NCBI GenBank assembly: GCA_030390025.1
Contig: JASTWF010000330.1
Span: 1 to 64,000, forward strand
DNA from: Squalus acanthias
Lineage: Eukaryota
Reading direction: 5' to 3'
DNA length: 64,000 nt
This document shows positions 11,256-24,454 of this stretch, one piece after another. Position 1 is the first letter of the stretch. Each line of letters begins with the position of its first letter. A program made the position numbers and the translations under genes. Below the pieces are notes generated by a model. It did no database searches. It was not told the origin of the DNA and worked only from the letters and a program-made list of their open reading frames with translations.

Positions 11256-11604
11256 CTCCAGAACTAGCCACGCCTCTAGCCCAACTGTTCCAGTACAGCT
11301 ACAACACTGGCATCTATCCAACAATGTGGAGAACTGCCCCGGTATGTCCTGTCTGCAAAAAACAGGACAAATCCAATCCGAGCAATTACCACCCGATCAG
11401 CCTACTCTCAATCATCAGCAAAGTGATGGAAGGTGCCGTCGACAGTGCTATCAAGCGACACTTACTCACCAATAACCTACTCACGGATGCCCAGTTTGGG
11501 TTCCACCAAGACCGCTCGGCTCCCGACCACATTACAGCCTTGGTCCAAACATGTACAAGAGAGCTGAATTCCAGAGTGAGAGTGACTGCATTTGACCGAG
11601 TGCA

Positions 11605-12480
11605 GCATAGAATCATAGGTTACAGCACAGTAGGAGGCCATTCGGCCCCTCGAGCCCGTGCCAGCTCTCTGCAAGAGCACTTCAGCTAGTCCCACTCCCC
11701 GCACTTTCCCTGTAGCCCTGCATTTTTTTTTCCTTCAGGTACTTATCCAATTGCCTTTTGAAAGCCACGATTGAGTCTGCCTCCACCATCCTTTCAGGCA
11801 GTGCACTCCAGATCCTAACTATTTTCTGAGTAAAATAGTTTATCCTCATGTCGCCTTTGGTTCTTCTGCCAATCACCTTAAATAGAAACATAGAAACATA
11901 GAAACATAGAATCTAGGAGCAGGAGTAGGCCATTCGGCCCGTCGAGCCTGCTCCGCCATTCAATACGATCATGGCTGATCATCCAAATCCAGTACCCTGT
12001 CCCTGCTTTAATCCCCACAGTACACATATCCCACCCTACCCCCGTAACCCCACGTATTTAATTCCCCCTAACATATCCCATCCTATCCCCATAACCCCAC
12101 ATATTTAATCCCCCCTAACACTAAGGGTCAATTTATCATAGCCAAATCAACCTAACCCACACATTTTTGGACTGTGGGAGGAAACCGGAGCACCCGGAGA
12201 AAATCTGTGTCCTCTGGTTCTCGACCCTTCTGCCAATGGGAACAGTTTCTCTGTATCTACACTGTCATCATTTTGAATACCTCTATCAAATCTTCTCTGC
12301 TCTAAGGAGATCAACCCCGGCTTCTCCAGTCTATTCACGTAACTGAAGTCCCTCATCCCTGGAATCATTCTCGTGAATCTTTCCTGCACCCTCGCTAAGA
12401 CCTTCACATCCTTCCTAAAGTGCAGTGCCCAGAATTGGACTCAATACTCCAGTTGAGGTCGAACCAGTGTTTTATACAGG
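11605..12480 (-). mobile_element. Nested CR1 3' fragments plus an HE1 SINE fragment (about 12020-12200)
   Basis: VQERFTRMIPG, FTQKIVRIWSALPE, (atagaaac)n tail, reverse V-domain sequence. Confidence 0.8.
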
Positions 12481-13336
12481 GCATCAAAGAGTCCGAGTAA
12501 AATTGAGGTCAATGGGAATCAGGGGGAAAACATTCCACTGGCTGGTTCATTCCTAGCACAAATGGAGATTGTTGTGGTGGTTGGAGGCCAATCACATCAG
12601 CGTCAGGACATCGCTGCAGGAGTTCCTCAGGGCAGTGTTCTAGGCCCAACCATCTTCAGCTGCTTCATCAATGACCTTCCCTCCATCATAAGGTCAGAAA
12701 TGGGGATGTTCGCTGATGACTGCACAGTGTTCAGTTCTATTTGAAACTTCTCAGATAATGAAGCAGTCCATGCCCACATGCAGCAAGACCTGGACAACAT
12801 TCAGGCTTGGGTTGATAAGTGGCAAGTAACATTTGCGCCACACAAGTGCCAGGCATAGACTATCTCAAACAAGCGAGAGTCTAACCACTGCCCCTTGACA
12901 TTCAACGGCATTACCATCACCGAATCCCCCACCATCAACATCCTGGGGGGGTCACCATTTCTCATTAGCTGGACCAGCCACTTATATAGTGTGGCTACAA
13001 GCGCAGGTCAGAGGCTGGGAAATCTATGGCAAGTGACTCACCTCCTAAATCTCCAGTCTTTCCACCATCTACAAGGCACAAGTCAGGAGTGTGATGGAAT
13101 ACTCTCCACTTGGCTGGATGAGTGCTGCTCCAACAACACTCCAGAAGCTCGACACCATCCAGGACAAAGCAGCCCGCTTGATTGGCACCCCATCCACCAC
13201 CTTAAACATTCACTCCCTCCACCACCGGCGTACCGTGGCTGCAGTGTGTACCATCTACAATATGCACTGCAGCAACTCGCCAAGGTTTCTTCGACAGCAC
13301 CTCCCAAACCCACGAACAATAGCACCTAGAAGAACA

Positions 13337-14005
13337 AACATAGAAACATAGAAAATAGGTACAGGAGTAGACCATTCGGTCCTTCGAGCCTGCACCGCCA
13401 TTCAATGCGTTCATGGCTGAACATGCTACCTCAGTACCCCATTCCTGCTTTCTCGCCATACCCCTTGATCCCCTTAGTTGTGAGTGTTATATCTAACTCC
13501 CTTTTGAATATATTTAGCGAACTGGCCTCAACAACCTTCTGTGGAAGAGAATTCCATAGATTCACCACTCTCTGGGTGAAGAAGTTCCTCCTCAGCTCAG
13601 TCCTAAATGGCTTCCCCTTAATCCTTAGACTGTGACCCCTGGTTCTAGTTTTCCCTACCATTGGGAACATTCTGCCCGCATCTAATTTGTCTAAACCAGT
13701 CAGGATTTTAAATGTCTCTATAAGATCCCCCCTCATTCTTCTGAACTCCAGAGGATACAAGTTCAGTTGACCCAATCTTTCTTGATATGTCAGTCCGGCC
13801 ATCCCAGGAATCAATCTAGTGAACCTTCGCTGCACTCCCTCAATAGCAAGAATGTCCTTCCTTAAGTTAGGAGACCAAAACTGCGCACAATACTCCAGGT
13901 GTGGCCTCACCAAGGCCCTGTACAACTGTAGCATCACCTCCCTACTCCTGTACTCAAATCCCCTTGCTATGAAGGCCATCATTCCGTTTGCTTTCTTGAC
14001 TGCCT
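13337..14005 (-). mobile_element. 5'-truncated CR1 LINE
   Basis: AVKKANGMMAFI..LVRPHLEYCAQFWSP..FFTQRVVNLWNSLP and octamer tail. Confidence 0.92.
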
Positions 14006-14344
14006 GCAAGGGCAGCAGGAGCATGGGAATACCACCACCTCCAAGTTACCCTCCAAGTCACACACCATCCTGACTTGGAAATATATCACCGATCCTTCAT
14101 CGTCGCTGGGTCAGACTTCTGGAACTCCCTCCCTAACCGCACTGTGGGAGTACCGTCAAGATTGTGTTCAAGTTTGCGGCTCACCACCACATTCTCAGGG
14201 CAACATAGAATGGTGAATATAATACCAGGCTTGCCAGCGATGCCCACATCTCGTGATTGAATAAATATATCCGCTACTCACTGGTAAGACAATCCTTGGG
14301 CTGGACTCGCCACACTTTCACCCCACTCTGCTGATGTAGAACAT

Positions 14345-15715
14345 GTTACCCATATCAGAGTCACATCCCTCCCATATCAGAGACATATTCCACCCATATC
14401 AGAGACACAACCCTCCCATATCAGAGTCACATCCCTCTCATATCAGAGTCACATCCCTCTCATATCAGAGACATATTCCACCCATATCAGAGACACATCC
14501 CACCCATATCAGAGACACATCCCTCTCATATCAGAGACATATTCCACCCATATCAGAGACACATCCCACCCATATCAGAGACACATCCCTCTCATATCAG
14601 AGACATATTCCACCCATATCAGAGACACATCCCACCCATATCAGAGACACATCCCTCCCATATCAGAGACACATCCCTCCCATATCAGAGACACATCCCT
14701 CCCATATCAGAGACACATCCCTCCCATATCAGAGACACATCCCACCCATATCAGAGACACATCCCTCCCATATCAGAGACATATTCCACCCATATCAGAG
14801 ACACATCCCTCCCATATCAGAGACACATCCCACCCATATCAGAGACACATCCCTCCCATATCAGAGACACATCCCTCCCATATCAGAGACACATCCCTCC
14901 CATATCAGAGACACATCCCACCCATATCAGAGACACATCCCTCCCATATCAGAGACACATCCCACCCATATCAGAGACACATCCCACCCATATCAGAGAC
15001 ACATCCCTCCCATATCAGAGACACATCCCACCCATATCAGAGACACATCCCTCCCATATCAGAGACACATCCCTCCCATATCAGAGACACATCCCTCCCA
15101 TATCAGAGACACATCCCACCCATATCAGAGACACATCCCTCCCATATCAGAGAAACATCCCACCCATATCAGAGACACATCCCTCCCATATCAGAGACAC
15201 AGCCCACCCATATCAGAGACACATCATACCCATATCAGAGACACATCCCACCCATATCAGAGACACATCATACCCATATCAGAGACACATCCCACCCATA
15301 TCAGAGACACATCCCACCCATATCAGAGACACATCCCTCCCATATCAGAGACACATCCCTCCCATATCAGAGACACATCCCTCCCATATCAGAGACACAT
15401 CACACCCATATCAGAGACACATCCCACCCATATCAGAGACACATCCCACCCATATCAGAGACACATCTCTCCCATATCAGAGACACATCCCACCCATATC
15501 AGAGACACATCCCTCCCATATCAGACACACCCCTCCCATATCAGAGACACATCCCTCCCATATCAGAGACATCATCCCTCCCATATCAGAGACACATCCC
15601 ACCCATATCAGAGACACATCCCTCCCATATCAGACACACCCCTCCCATATCAGAGACACATCCCTCCCATATCAGAGACATCATCCCTCCCATATCAGAG
15701 ACACATGCCACCCAT
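14345..15715. repeat. 22-bp minisatellite (catatcagagacacatccctcc), about 60 copies
   Basis: Directly visible period. Confidence 0.97.
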
Positions 15716-15721
15716 TCCAGA

Positions 15722-15903
15722 GCTCTCTCTCTCTCTCTCTGTCTCTTTGTCGCTGTGTCTCTGTCTCTCTCTCTCTCTCTCTAACTATCTCTCTCTCTCT
15801 CTCTGTCTCTTTCTCTCTTTTTCTCTCTCTCTCTCTCACTCGGCCTCTCTCTGTCTATCTGTCTCTCGGTCTCTCTCTCTCTGTTGGTCTCTCTGTCTCT
15901 CTC

Positions 15904-15938
<35 letters not shown>

Positions 15939-16155
15939 GTCTCTCTCTGTCTCTGAGTCTGTCTGTCTGTCTCTCTCTCTCGGTCTCTCTCTCTATCTCT
16001 GTCTGTCTGTCTCTCTCTCTCGGTCTCTCTCTCTATCTCTGTCTGTCTGTCTCTCTCTCTCGGTCTCTCTCTCTGTCTCTCTCTCTCTCTCTGTCTGTCT
16101 CTCTCTGTCTCTCTCTCTCGGTCTCTCTCTCTCTCTCTCTGTCTCTCTGTCACTC
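15722..16155. repeat. (CT)n/(CTGT)n microsatellite
   Basis: Directly visible. Confidence 0.97.
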
Positions 16156-16449
16156 TGGCCTTGAAATGTGACACAAACACATTAACCTGCAGTGCGGTAC
16201 ATAGAGGCACACCACCCCGAGTGGGAATTAAAGTTATCAATGTGAACCTGTGTAAAGGCTTGTGTAAATGCTTCTTTTTCCGGGCAGTGCGATGAATTTG
16301 ACGATTAAGTAATATGCGCAATGGTTTTTTAAGTGATATCTACTTGTGGCGGCCATTTTAAGAATTATCCATCTGCCTGGCCATTTTTAGTGATATCTCT
16401 CTGTGGCGGCCAGTTTAAAGGACTCTACTCGTAGCAGAGACTTCAAAGC

Positions 16450-17395
16450 ACCGGTTAGATTCAGAGTAAAGCTCCCTCTACACTGTCCCATCAAACACCC
16501 CCAGGGCAGGTACAGCACGGGTTAGATACAGAGTAAAGCTCCCTCTACACTGTCCCATCAAACACTCCCAGGGCAGGTACAGCACGGGTTAGATACAGAT
16601 TAAAGCTCCCTCTACACTGTCCCATCAAACACTCCCAGGGCCTGTAAAGCACGGGTTAGATACAGAGTAAAGCTCCCTCTACACTGCCCCATTAAACACT
16701 CCCAGGGCAGGTACAGCACGGGTTAGATACAGATTAAAGCTCCCCCTACACTGTCCCATCAAACACTCCCAGGGCAGGTACAACACGGGTTAAATACAGA
16801 GTAAATCTCCCTCTGCACTGTCCCATCAAACACTCCCAGGGCAGGTACAACAAAGGTTAAATACAGAGTACAGCTCCCTCTACACTGTCCCATCAAACAC
16901 TTCCAGGGCAAATACACCACGCGTTCGATACAGAATAAATTTCTCTCTACACTGTCCCATCAAACACTCTCAGGGCAGGTACAGCAGGGGTTAGATACAG
17001 AGTAAAGCTCCCTCTACACTGTCCCATCAAACACTCCCAGGGCAGGTACAACAAAGGTTAAATACAGAGTACAGCACCCTCTACACTGTCCCATCAAACA
17101 CTTCCAGGGCAAATACACCACGTGTTCGATACAGAATAAATTTCTCTCTACACTGTCCCATCAAACACTCTCAGGGCAGGTACAGCAGGGGTTAGATACA
17201 GAGTAAAGCTCCCTCTACACTTTCCCATCAAACACTCCCAGGGCAAGTACAGCACGCGTTCGATACAGAGTAAATCTCCCTCTACACTGTCCCATCAAAC
17301 ACTCCCAGGGCAGGTACATCACTGTTTAGATACAGATTAAAGCTATTTCCACACAGTCGAATCACACACTCCCAGTGCAGTTACAGCACGGATTC
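16450..17395. repeat. 67-bp minisatellite (gtacagcacgggttagatacagagtaaagctccctctacactgtcccatcaaacactcccagggcag), about 14 copies
   Basis: Period measured from 16510 to 16577. Confidence 0.97.
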
Positions 17396-17430
17396 TGCTT
17401 AAAGTTCCCTCACACTATTTATGAAATAAT

Positions 17431-18196
17431 TTGCCCGAAAATTAGACCTAATACCGGAGATACGCACTGTGTACTCTCGCGTATTAGATCCCGAAGTGCC
17501 GGTTTCCTGCATGCACTGCGCATGCGCGGGAAACCGGCACTTCGGGTATTGCGAAGGGGGCGGTTCCTAAGTGAACCGCGTGCGCGCTACAGGTTGTGCG
17601 CACGCAGCGCACTTAGTTTTTTTTTCAGGTTTGAACGCGCAGGTAAGTGTTGAAGATTTTACACATAAAGAAAGCAGGCGTAAGACCCCCTTTTAACAAG
17701 GTAAGTAGTTAATTAAGTATTATTTTAAATTTTTTTCAACAGGTTTATCTTTTTTAGAGACTTTAAAGAAAGGTAAGTTTATTTTTATAACTTTTAAAAA
17801 GAATTTAATTTTTTTCAAAAATTTAAATTTTTGTTTAAAGTGGTTAATTTATTTAACTATAGTTATTTTATTAATGTGATGGCTTTTTTTTAATTTAATT
17901 GAGGTTTAGCTGTTCTTTTGGGGGCTTGTTGTATTCATAGTTTTGACAGCTCTTGCTGTCAAAACTATGAATGAAAGATGGTGTGCTGCCATTGGCTCTA
18001 ACTGGCCCACGTGATCCCAGAGGTCACATCGCACTAACTGCGCCTCTGGGACACGCACACACTGCGCGCCGGCACCAGGGAGAGGCCCAGGAACTGAAGT
18101 TCGTGTGGGCCAAAACCATAAAGGTATGAGCGGAGTGCGATATCGCGGGGGATCCTTTCCCCCGCGGCAACCATCGAACTCCAATTTCTGGGTCAA
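17431..18196. mobile_element. Probable MITE / non-autonomous DNA transposon
   Basis: Imperfect terminal inverted repeats ttgcccgaaaatt...aatttctgggtcaa; CpG-rich ends, AT-rich centre, internal hairpin. Confidence 0.45.
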
Positions 18197-19787
18197 TGTT
18201 TACAGTTATAGTGAGGGGGCCTGTCGGACTCTGGTTTGTACACCTGCTGCTGTGGAACAGAAACTCCCTTCAGTGAGTCCAGTGAGCAGAAAGGAATTGT
18301 TGTTAGAGTTATAGATAGATCATAGAGTTATACAGCACAGAAAGTGTCCCTTCGGCCCATCGTGTCTGCGCCGGCCATGATGCCCTATCTATTCTAATCC
18401 CATTGTCCAGCACTTGGTCCGTAGCCTTGTATGCTATGGCGTTTCAAGTGCGCATCTAAATGCTTCTTGAATGTTCTGAGGGTTCCTGCCTCTACCCCCC
18501 TTTCAGGCAGTGAGTTCCAGATTCCAACCACCCTCTGGGTGAAAAAGTTTTTCCTCAAATTCCGTCTAAACCTCCTGCCCCTTACCTTGAAACTATGCCC
18601 CCTGGTTATTGACCCCTCTACTAAGGGGAAAAGTTCCTTTCTATCTACTCTATCCAAGCCCCTCATAATTTTGTACAACTCAATCAGGTCCCCCCTCAGC
18701 CTTTTCTGCTCTAAGGAAAACAACCCCAGCCTGTCCAGTCTCTCTTCATAGCTGAAGCGCTGCAGCCCAGGTAACATCCTGGTGAATCTCCTCTGCACCC
18801 TCTCCAATGCAATCACATCCTTCCTATAGTGTGGTGACCAGAACTGCACACTGTATTCCAGCTGTGGCCTAACTAGCGTTTTGTACAGCTCCATCATAAC
18901 CTCCCTGCTCTTATATTCTATGCCTTGGCTAATGAAGGCAAGTATCCCATATGCCTTTTTAACCACCTTATCTACCTGTCCTGCTGCCTTCAGAGATCTA
19001 TGTACATGCACGGCAAGGTCCCTCTGATCCTCTGTTCTTCCTAGGGTCCTACCATTCATTGTGTATTCCCTTGCCTTGTTAGTCCCCCCAAAATACATCA
19101 CCTCACACTTCTCAGGGTTAAATTCCATTTGCCACTGTTCTGCCCATCTGACCAACCCATCTATATCGTCCTGTAGCCTGAGGCTTCCCTCCTCGCTATT
19201 TACCACTGCACCAATTTTCGTGTCATCTGCGAACTTACTGATCATACCTCCTACATTCATATCTAAATCATTAATGTACACTACAAACAGCAAAGGACCC
19301 AGCACTGATCCCTGTGGTACACCACTGGACACAGGCTTCCAGTCACAAAAACAACCTTCGACCATCACCCTCTGCCTCCTGCCAATAAGCCAATTTTGGA
19401 TCCAATGTGCCAAATTGCACTGGATCCCATGGGCTCTTATCTTCTTGACCAGTCTCCCATGCGGGACTTTGTCAAATGCCTTACTGAAGTCCATGTAGAC
19501 TACATCAACTGCACTACCCTCATTTACACACCTAGTCACCCCCTTGAAAAATTCAATCAAATTGGTTAGACATGATCTCCCCCTGACAAAGCCATGCTGA
19601 CTATCCTTGATTAATCCTTGCCTCTCCAAGTGGAGACTGATTCTGTCCCTCAGAATTGTTTCCAATAATTTCCCTACCACTGATGTTAGGCTCAGTGGCC
19701 TATAATTTCCCGGTTTATCCCTACTACCCTTCGTGAATAATGGTACTAACATTAGCTGTCCTCCAGTCCTCTGGCACCTCCCCTGTG

Positions 19788-20008
19788 ATAATTAACTTTA
19801 TCACACCTCGGCAGATAGTCAGGATGATTTAATTTAGTGGTCTGCAATTGTAAGGTACACATGCTTTGTTTTCTATCTATATATGCTTTGGCGATTCTGT
19901 ATCTAATTTACTTCACCTGAGGAAGGAGCAATCGATAGCTCCGAAAGCTTGTGATTTCAAATAAAACTGTTGGACTATAACCTGGTGTTGTGCGACCTCT
20001 CAATTTTG
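19788..20008 (+). mobile_element. Penelope-like terminal-repeat fragment with 12-bp TSD
   Basis: acctcccctgtg duplicated at 19776-19787 and 20009-20020; cacctgaggaagg..ctccgaaagcttgtg..aataaa motif typical of PLE pLTRs. Confidence 0.65.
19913..19954 (+). ncRNA. Minimal type I hammerhead ribozyme motif
   Basis: TCAC-CTGAGGA-A-GGAGC[aatcgata]GCTCC-GAAAGCTT-GTGA: core boxes, stem II, stem I and palindromic stem III stub. Confidence 0.65.
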
Positions 20009-21274
20009 ACCTCCCCTGTGGCCAGAGAGGTTCTGAAAATTTGTGTCAGAGCCCCTGCAATCTCCTCCCTTGCCTCACACAGCAGCCTGGGATGCATCTC
20101 GTCTGGGCCTGGGGATTTATCCACTTTTAAGCCCGTTAAAACTGCTAGTACCTACTCCATCTCAATACTAATTTGTTCAAGTATATCACAATCCCACTGC
20201 CTGATTTCTATGCCTACATCGTCCTTCTCCATAGTGAACAAAGATGAAAATATTCATTTAAAATCTCACCCACATCTTTCGGCTCTACACACAGATTGCC
20301 ACTTTGGTCCCTAATGGGCCCTACTCTTTCTCTGGTTATCCTCTTGCCCTTAATATACTTATAAAACACCTTGAGATTGTCCTTTTTTTTGCCCGCCAGT
20401 GTTTTTTCATGCCCCCTCTTTGCTCTCCTAATTTCTTTTTTAAGTACCCCCCTGCACTTTCTATACTCCTCTCGGGCTTCCTCTGTTTTTCGTCCTTTGT
20501 ATCTGCCAAAAGCCTCCCCTTTTTTCCTAATCCATTCTTGTATATCCCTTGACATCCAGGGTTCCCTGGGCTTTTTGGTCCCACCGTTGACCTTTACGGG
20601 AACATGTTGGCGTTGTACTCTCTCTATTTCCTTTCTGAAAGACTCCCACTGCTCTGATGTGGATTTTCCTACAAGTAACTGATCCCAATCCACTTTGGCC
20701 AGATCCTGCCTTATCATATTAAAATCGGCCTTCCCCCAATTTCGAACATTTATTTCCGGACCATCTTTGTCCTTTTCCATGACTACCTTAAATCTCACCG
20801 AATTATGGTCACTGTCACCAAAATGTTCTCCTGCTGACACTTCTACCTCTTGCCCGCGTACATTCCCTAGAATTAGGTCCAGTACCGCCCCCTCTCTTGT
20901 AGGACTTTCTACATGCTGGCTCAAAAAGCTCTCCTGGAGGCACTTTAAGAATTCCGCACCCTCTAAGCCTTTCACACTCTGACTATCCCAGTTAATATTC
21001 GGGAAGTTGAAATCCCCTACTATTATTACCCTATTATTTCTACACTTCTCTGAGATTTGCCTACATATCTGTTCCTCTATCTCCCCCTGACTGCTTGCAG
21101 GCCTATAGTACACTCCAAGCAAACTGCTTGCTCCCTTCTTGTTTTTAAGTTCTACCCATATGGCCTCATTAGAGGAACCTGCTGAGATTTCATCCCTCCT
21201 TACAGCAGTAATTGACTCCTTGATTAATATTGCGACACCCCCTCCTCTTTTACACCCCCCTCTGTCTCGCCTGA

Positions 21275-21545
21275 GATGATATTCACAGGTTAAATCCCTC
21301 CCAGTTGACTGCTGGACAACTGCCTGTCAATAACTCCCTCTGATGTACAGATTTAAATACAGAGACCATCGCACTCCCTTTACTGTCCCAATGTTAGCGG
21401 GTGAGCAGCAGTCAGTGTCTGGGACATTGACGTGTGGTCAGGTGCCTCACAGTGTCCCGAGTTCTGGTTACACAAACATTGCCCCAGCTCTCGCTCTCTC
21501 CTCACTCGGGTTTGCATATGTTGCTGAATGTGCACCTGTTTCTTT
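21275..21545 (+). promoter_or_regulatory. Candidate promoter and first exon of the GP2/UMOD-like gene (copy 2 of 3 of the dispersed element)
   Basis: TATA-like tttaaata at about 21352, donor GCGG|gtgagc at 21400/21401, about 1 kb upstream of the leader exon and in the same orientation. Confidence 0.4.
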
Positions 21546-22029
21546 GTTTGTTATGTTATTTCACTGAAAGTCTTTAATTTGCATGGATTCAGCCATATTG
21601 TAGATCACACATGAATCCGATCTGGTGGGTGGTGGAGGGTGAGCTGTCACTGAGTCTGACACCACTCACAGCAGATTGTACCTGAGAGTGAGGAGATTGT
21701 AGGTAAACTGAGCTCACTCCATCTCACACAGCGACACTGCCTTTGAAGACTCTGGTAAGCAATCGGGTATGAATGGACTTTTAGAACAAATGCAGAAGTT
21801 TGTCACTTGCTATGCACGGCCTCATAGGTGTGTGTACTGCTTGCCCTGTCCCGATACAGGGCTCAGTAATGATCTGCTTTGGAATATTAGAAGGGTTTCT
21901 ATACAGGGAGACTGGAGTGGGTCCTGGAAGGAAGAGTGTTGGCAGGTCAAGAACACACGCGGTTTAATCATTGGAGAAATAGGGATGGATTGGAGTCAAG
22001 GAAATGGTGTTTCTCAAGGCTTGTGTCAG

Positions 22030-22350
22030 GGGGTAGTGCTCATCTCTGTCTATAGGGGTCCCAGTGAGAGAGAGAGGCAGCTCATCTCTGTCTGTTTGGT
22101 CCTAGTGAGGGAGAGAGGTAGAGCTCACCTCTATCTATAGGGGTCCCAGTGAGAGAGAGAGGTAGAGCTCATCTCTGTCTGTTGGGTCCCAGTGAGGGAG
22201 AGAGGTAGAGCTCATCTCTGTCTGTTGGGTCCCAGTGATGGAGAGAGGTAGAGCTCACCTCTATCTGTAGGGGTCCCAGTGAGAGAGAGAGGTAGTGCCC
22301 ACCTCTGTCTGTCGGGGTCCCAGTGAGGGAGACAGTCAAGCTCACCCAAT
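22030..22350. repeat. ~43-bp tandem repeat (agagctcatctctgtctgttgggtcccagtgagggagagaggt)
   Basis: About 7 degenerate copies. Confidence 0.9.
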
Positions 22351-22474
22351 ATAGATAGATGTACCCATTGATTCCCGTGCCACTCCCTATTTAAATTTCC
22401 CTCGGATCCCCCATCCCCTTTATGCTCTCTGTCACTAATACCACGTTTTCCTTTCCAGAATATCACCCCGTGAG

Positions 22475-22508
22475 ATGAGGACTCTGTTGCTGATTGTGGG
22501 TTACCTGA
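22475..22508 (+). CDS. Signal-peptide (leader) exon of the GP2/uromodulin-like gene; exon spans 22459-22508
   Basis: ttttcctttccag acceptor; ATG..MRTLLLIVGYL + A|gtaagt phase-1 donor; joins 55355 to give MRTLLLIVGYLIPGSALT-DPC. Confidence 0.7.
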
Positions 22509-22599
22509 GTAAGTAATTTTCATTATAGACAAACTGCACCCTTTGTACAACAAGAGTAAGTTGTGTCTATTTAACGTCTTTATGTAGAATAATCTCCCA

Positions 22600-23560
22600 T
22601 GGTGGTTCAGAGATCTGATCAAAGAAGTAGATGATGTGGCAGAGAAGGAGATGTTTGGATGGGTGGCCAGATGTTTTAGGGAGGGTCTTAAAGGAGGAGA
22701 GGGCAGTGGAGAGGCGGAGAGGTTTAGGAAGGGAGTTCCAGAGCTTGAGGTCTTGGTGGCTAAAGGCACAGCTGCCAATGGTGGGGAAAGGGAGTGGAGG
22801 GAAGAGATGTTCAAGAGGCTTGAGTTAGAGAAACAGAGAGTTGGAGGACATTACAGAGATAGGGACGGGCGAGGTAATGAAATAATTTGAACACGAAGAT
22901 GAAAATTGTACATCAGAGGCCTTTGTGGACTGCGAACCAATGTAGGTCAGCGAGCACTGTGGTGATGTGTGAATGGAACTTGGTGCAAGTTAAGAAACAG
23001 GAAGCACAGTGTTGGATGAGCTCAAGTTTATGGAGAGTGGAAGATGGGTAGCCAGCCAGGAGAGCATTGGAATAGTTGAGGCTGGAAAACGGATGAGGGT
23101 TTCAGCAGAGGCAAGGGCGGAGATGGGTGATATTGCGGTAGTGGAAATAGGCGGTCTTTGTGATGGAGCGGGTAAGAGGTCAGAAGCTGAGCTCTGTCGG
23201 TAGCAGGGCAACATGTTGATAAGAAATAGGAGGGTGCCAAGGATAGGTCCTTGGGGGACTCCAACGGTAACAGGGCAGGAGCGAGTAGAGAAGGCTTTGC
23301 AGGATCTTCTATGGCTATGACTGGGCAGGTATGAGTGGAACCAGGTGAGCAGCAGTCCCACCCAGCTGGACAAGGGAGGAGAGGCGTTGGAGGAGGATGG
23401 TGTGGTCAACCGTGTCAAAGGTTGCCGACAGGTGAAGAAGGATGAGGAGGGTTAGTGTACCACGGTCACAGTCACAGAGGATGTCAGTTGTGACTTTAAC
23501 AAGAGCCGTTTCAGGGCTGTGCCAGGAGTGGAATCCTAAGTGGAGAGGTTCAAACATGGA
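22600..23560 (-). mobile_element. Old L2 LINE fragments
   Basis: GFHSWHSPETALVKVTTDI..LLILLHLSATFDTVDHTILLQRL..GVPQGPILG. Confidence 0.8.
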
Positions 23561-24454
23561 TTTTATATTTAAATTCTTAAATTCCTATTAATTATACTTT
23601 TATTTATATATTTGTAATAAAACTCTTTAATACTTGGATTAATGATTAATCTTATTTATTGCAGAACTGGAACAGATATTTCATATTTGCATCATTGATC
23701 AATATTATACATTTGTAACAGATCTTTAATATTTGGATTATTGATCTATATTATTTATTATGTATTTGTAATAGATATTTAATACTTGTCTCATTGTTTG
23801 ATATTATTTATTGTGGATTTGGAATAGATCTTTAATATTTGTCTCATTAAAGATATTATTTATTGTGGATTTGGACTAGATCTTTAATATTTGTCTCATT
23901 GATATAATTAATTGTGGATTTGGAATAGATCTTTAATATTTGTCACATTGATATAATTTATTGTGGATTTGGAATAGATCTTTAATATTTGTCTCATTGA
24001 TGATATTATTTATTGTGGATTTGGAATAGATCTTTAATATTTGTCTCAGTGTTTGATATTATTTATAGTGTATTTGGAATAGATCTTTAATATTTGTCTC
24101 ATTGTTTGATATTATTTATTGTGGATTTGGAATAGATCTTTAATATTTGTCTCATTGATGATATTATTTATTGTGGATTTGGAATAGATCTTTAATATTT
24201 GTCTCATTGATGATATTATTTATTGTGGATTTAGAATAGATCTTTAATATTTGTCACATCGATAATATTATTTATTGTGGATTTGGAATAGATCTTTAAT
24301 ATTTGTCTCATTGATGATATTATTTATTTGGGATTTGGAATAGATCTTTAATATTTGTCTCATTGATGATATTATTTATTGTGGATTTGGAATAGATCTT
24401 TAATATTTGTCTCATTGATGATATTATTTATTGTGTATTTGGAATAGATCTTTA

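Larger units (their letters stand above)
11256..14265 (+). mobile_element. Decayed CR1-group LINE (RT region and 3' tail), split by nested insertions
   Basis: ELATPLAQLFQYSY..NYHPISLLSIISKVME..QFGF; GVPQGSVLGPTIFSCFINDL..FADD; interrupted at about 11605-12480 and 13337-14005. Confidence 0.85.
18305..21272 (-). mobile_element. CR1 LINE, 5'-truncated within the APE domain, ORF2 interrupted
   Basis: GVYYRP..VIIVGDFN..SDHN (APE) and NYRPLSLTS..GVPQGSVLGP..FADD (RT); frameshift near 20250; insertion at 19788-20008. Confidence 0.95.

Noticed and set aside
14343..16321. 537-aa and ER-rich ORFs
   Set aside because: Translation of the 22-bp minisatellite and the CT microsatellite
16330..16420. Repeated ggcggccatttt YY1-like motifs
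   Set aside because: Short degenerate duplication with no linked exon or promoter evidence
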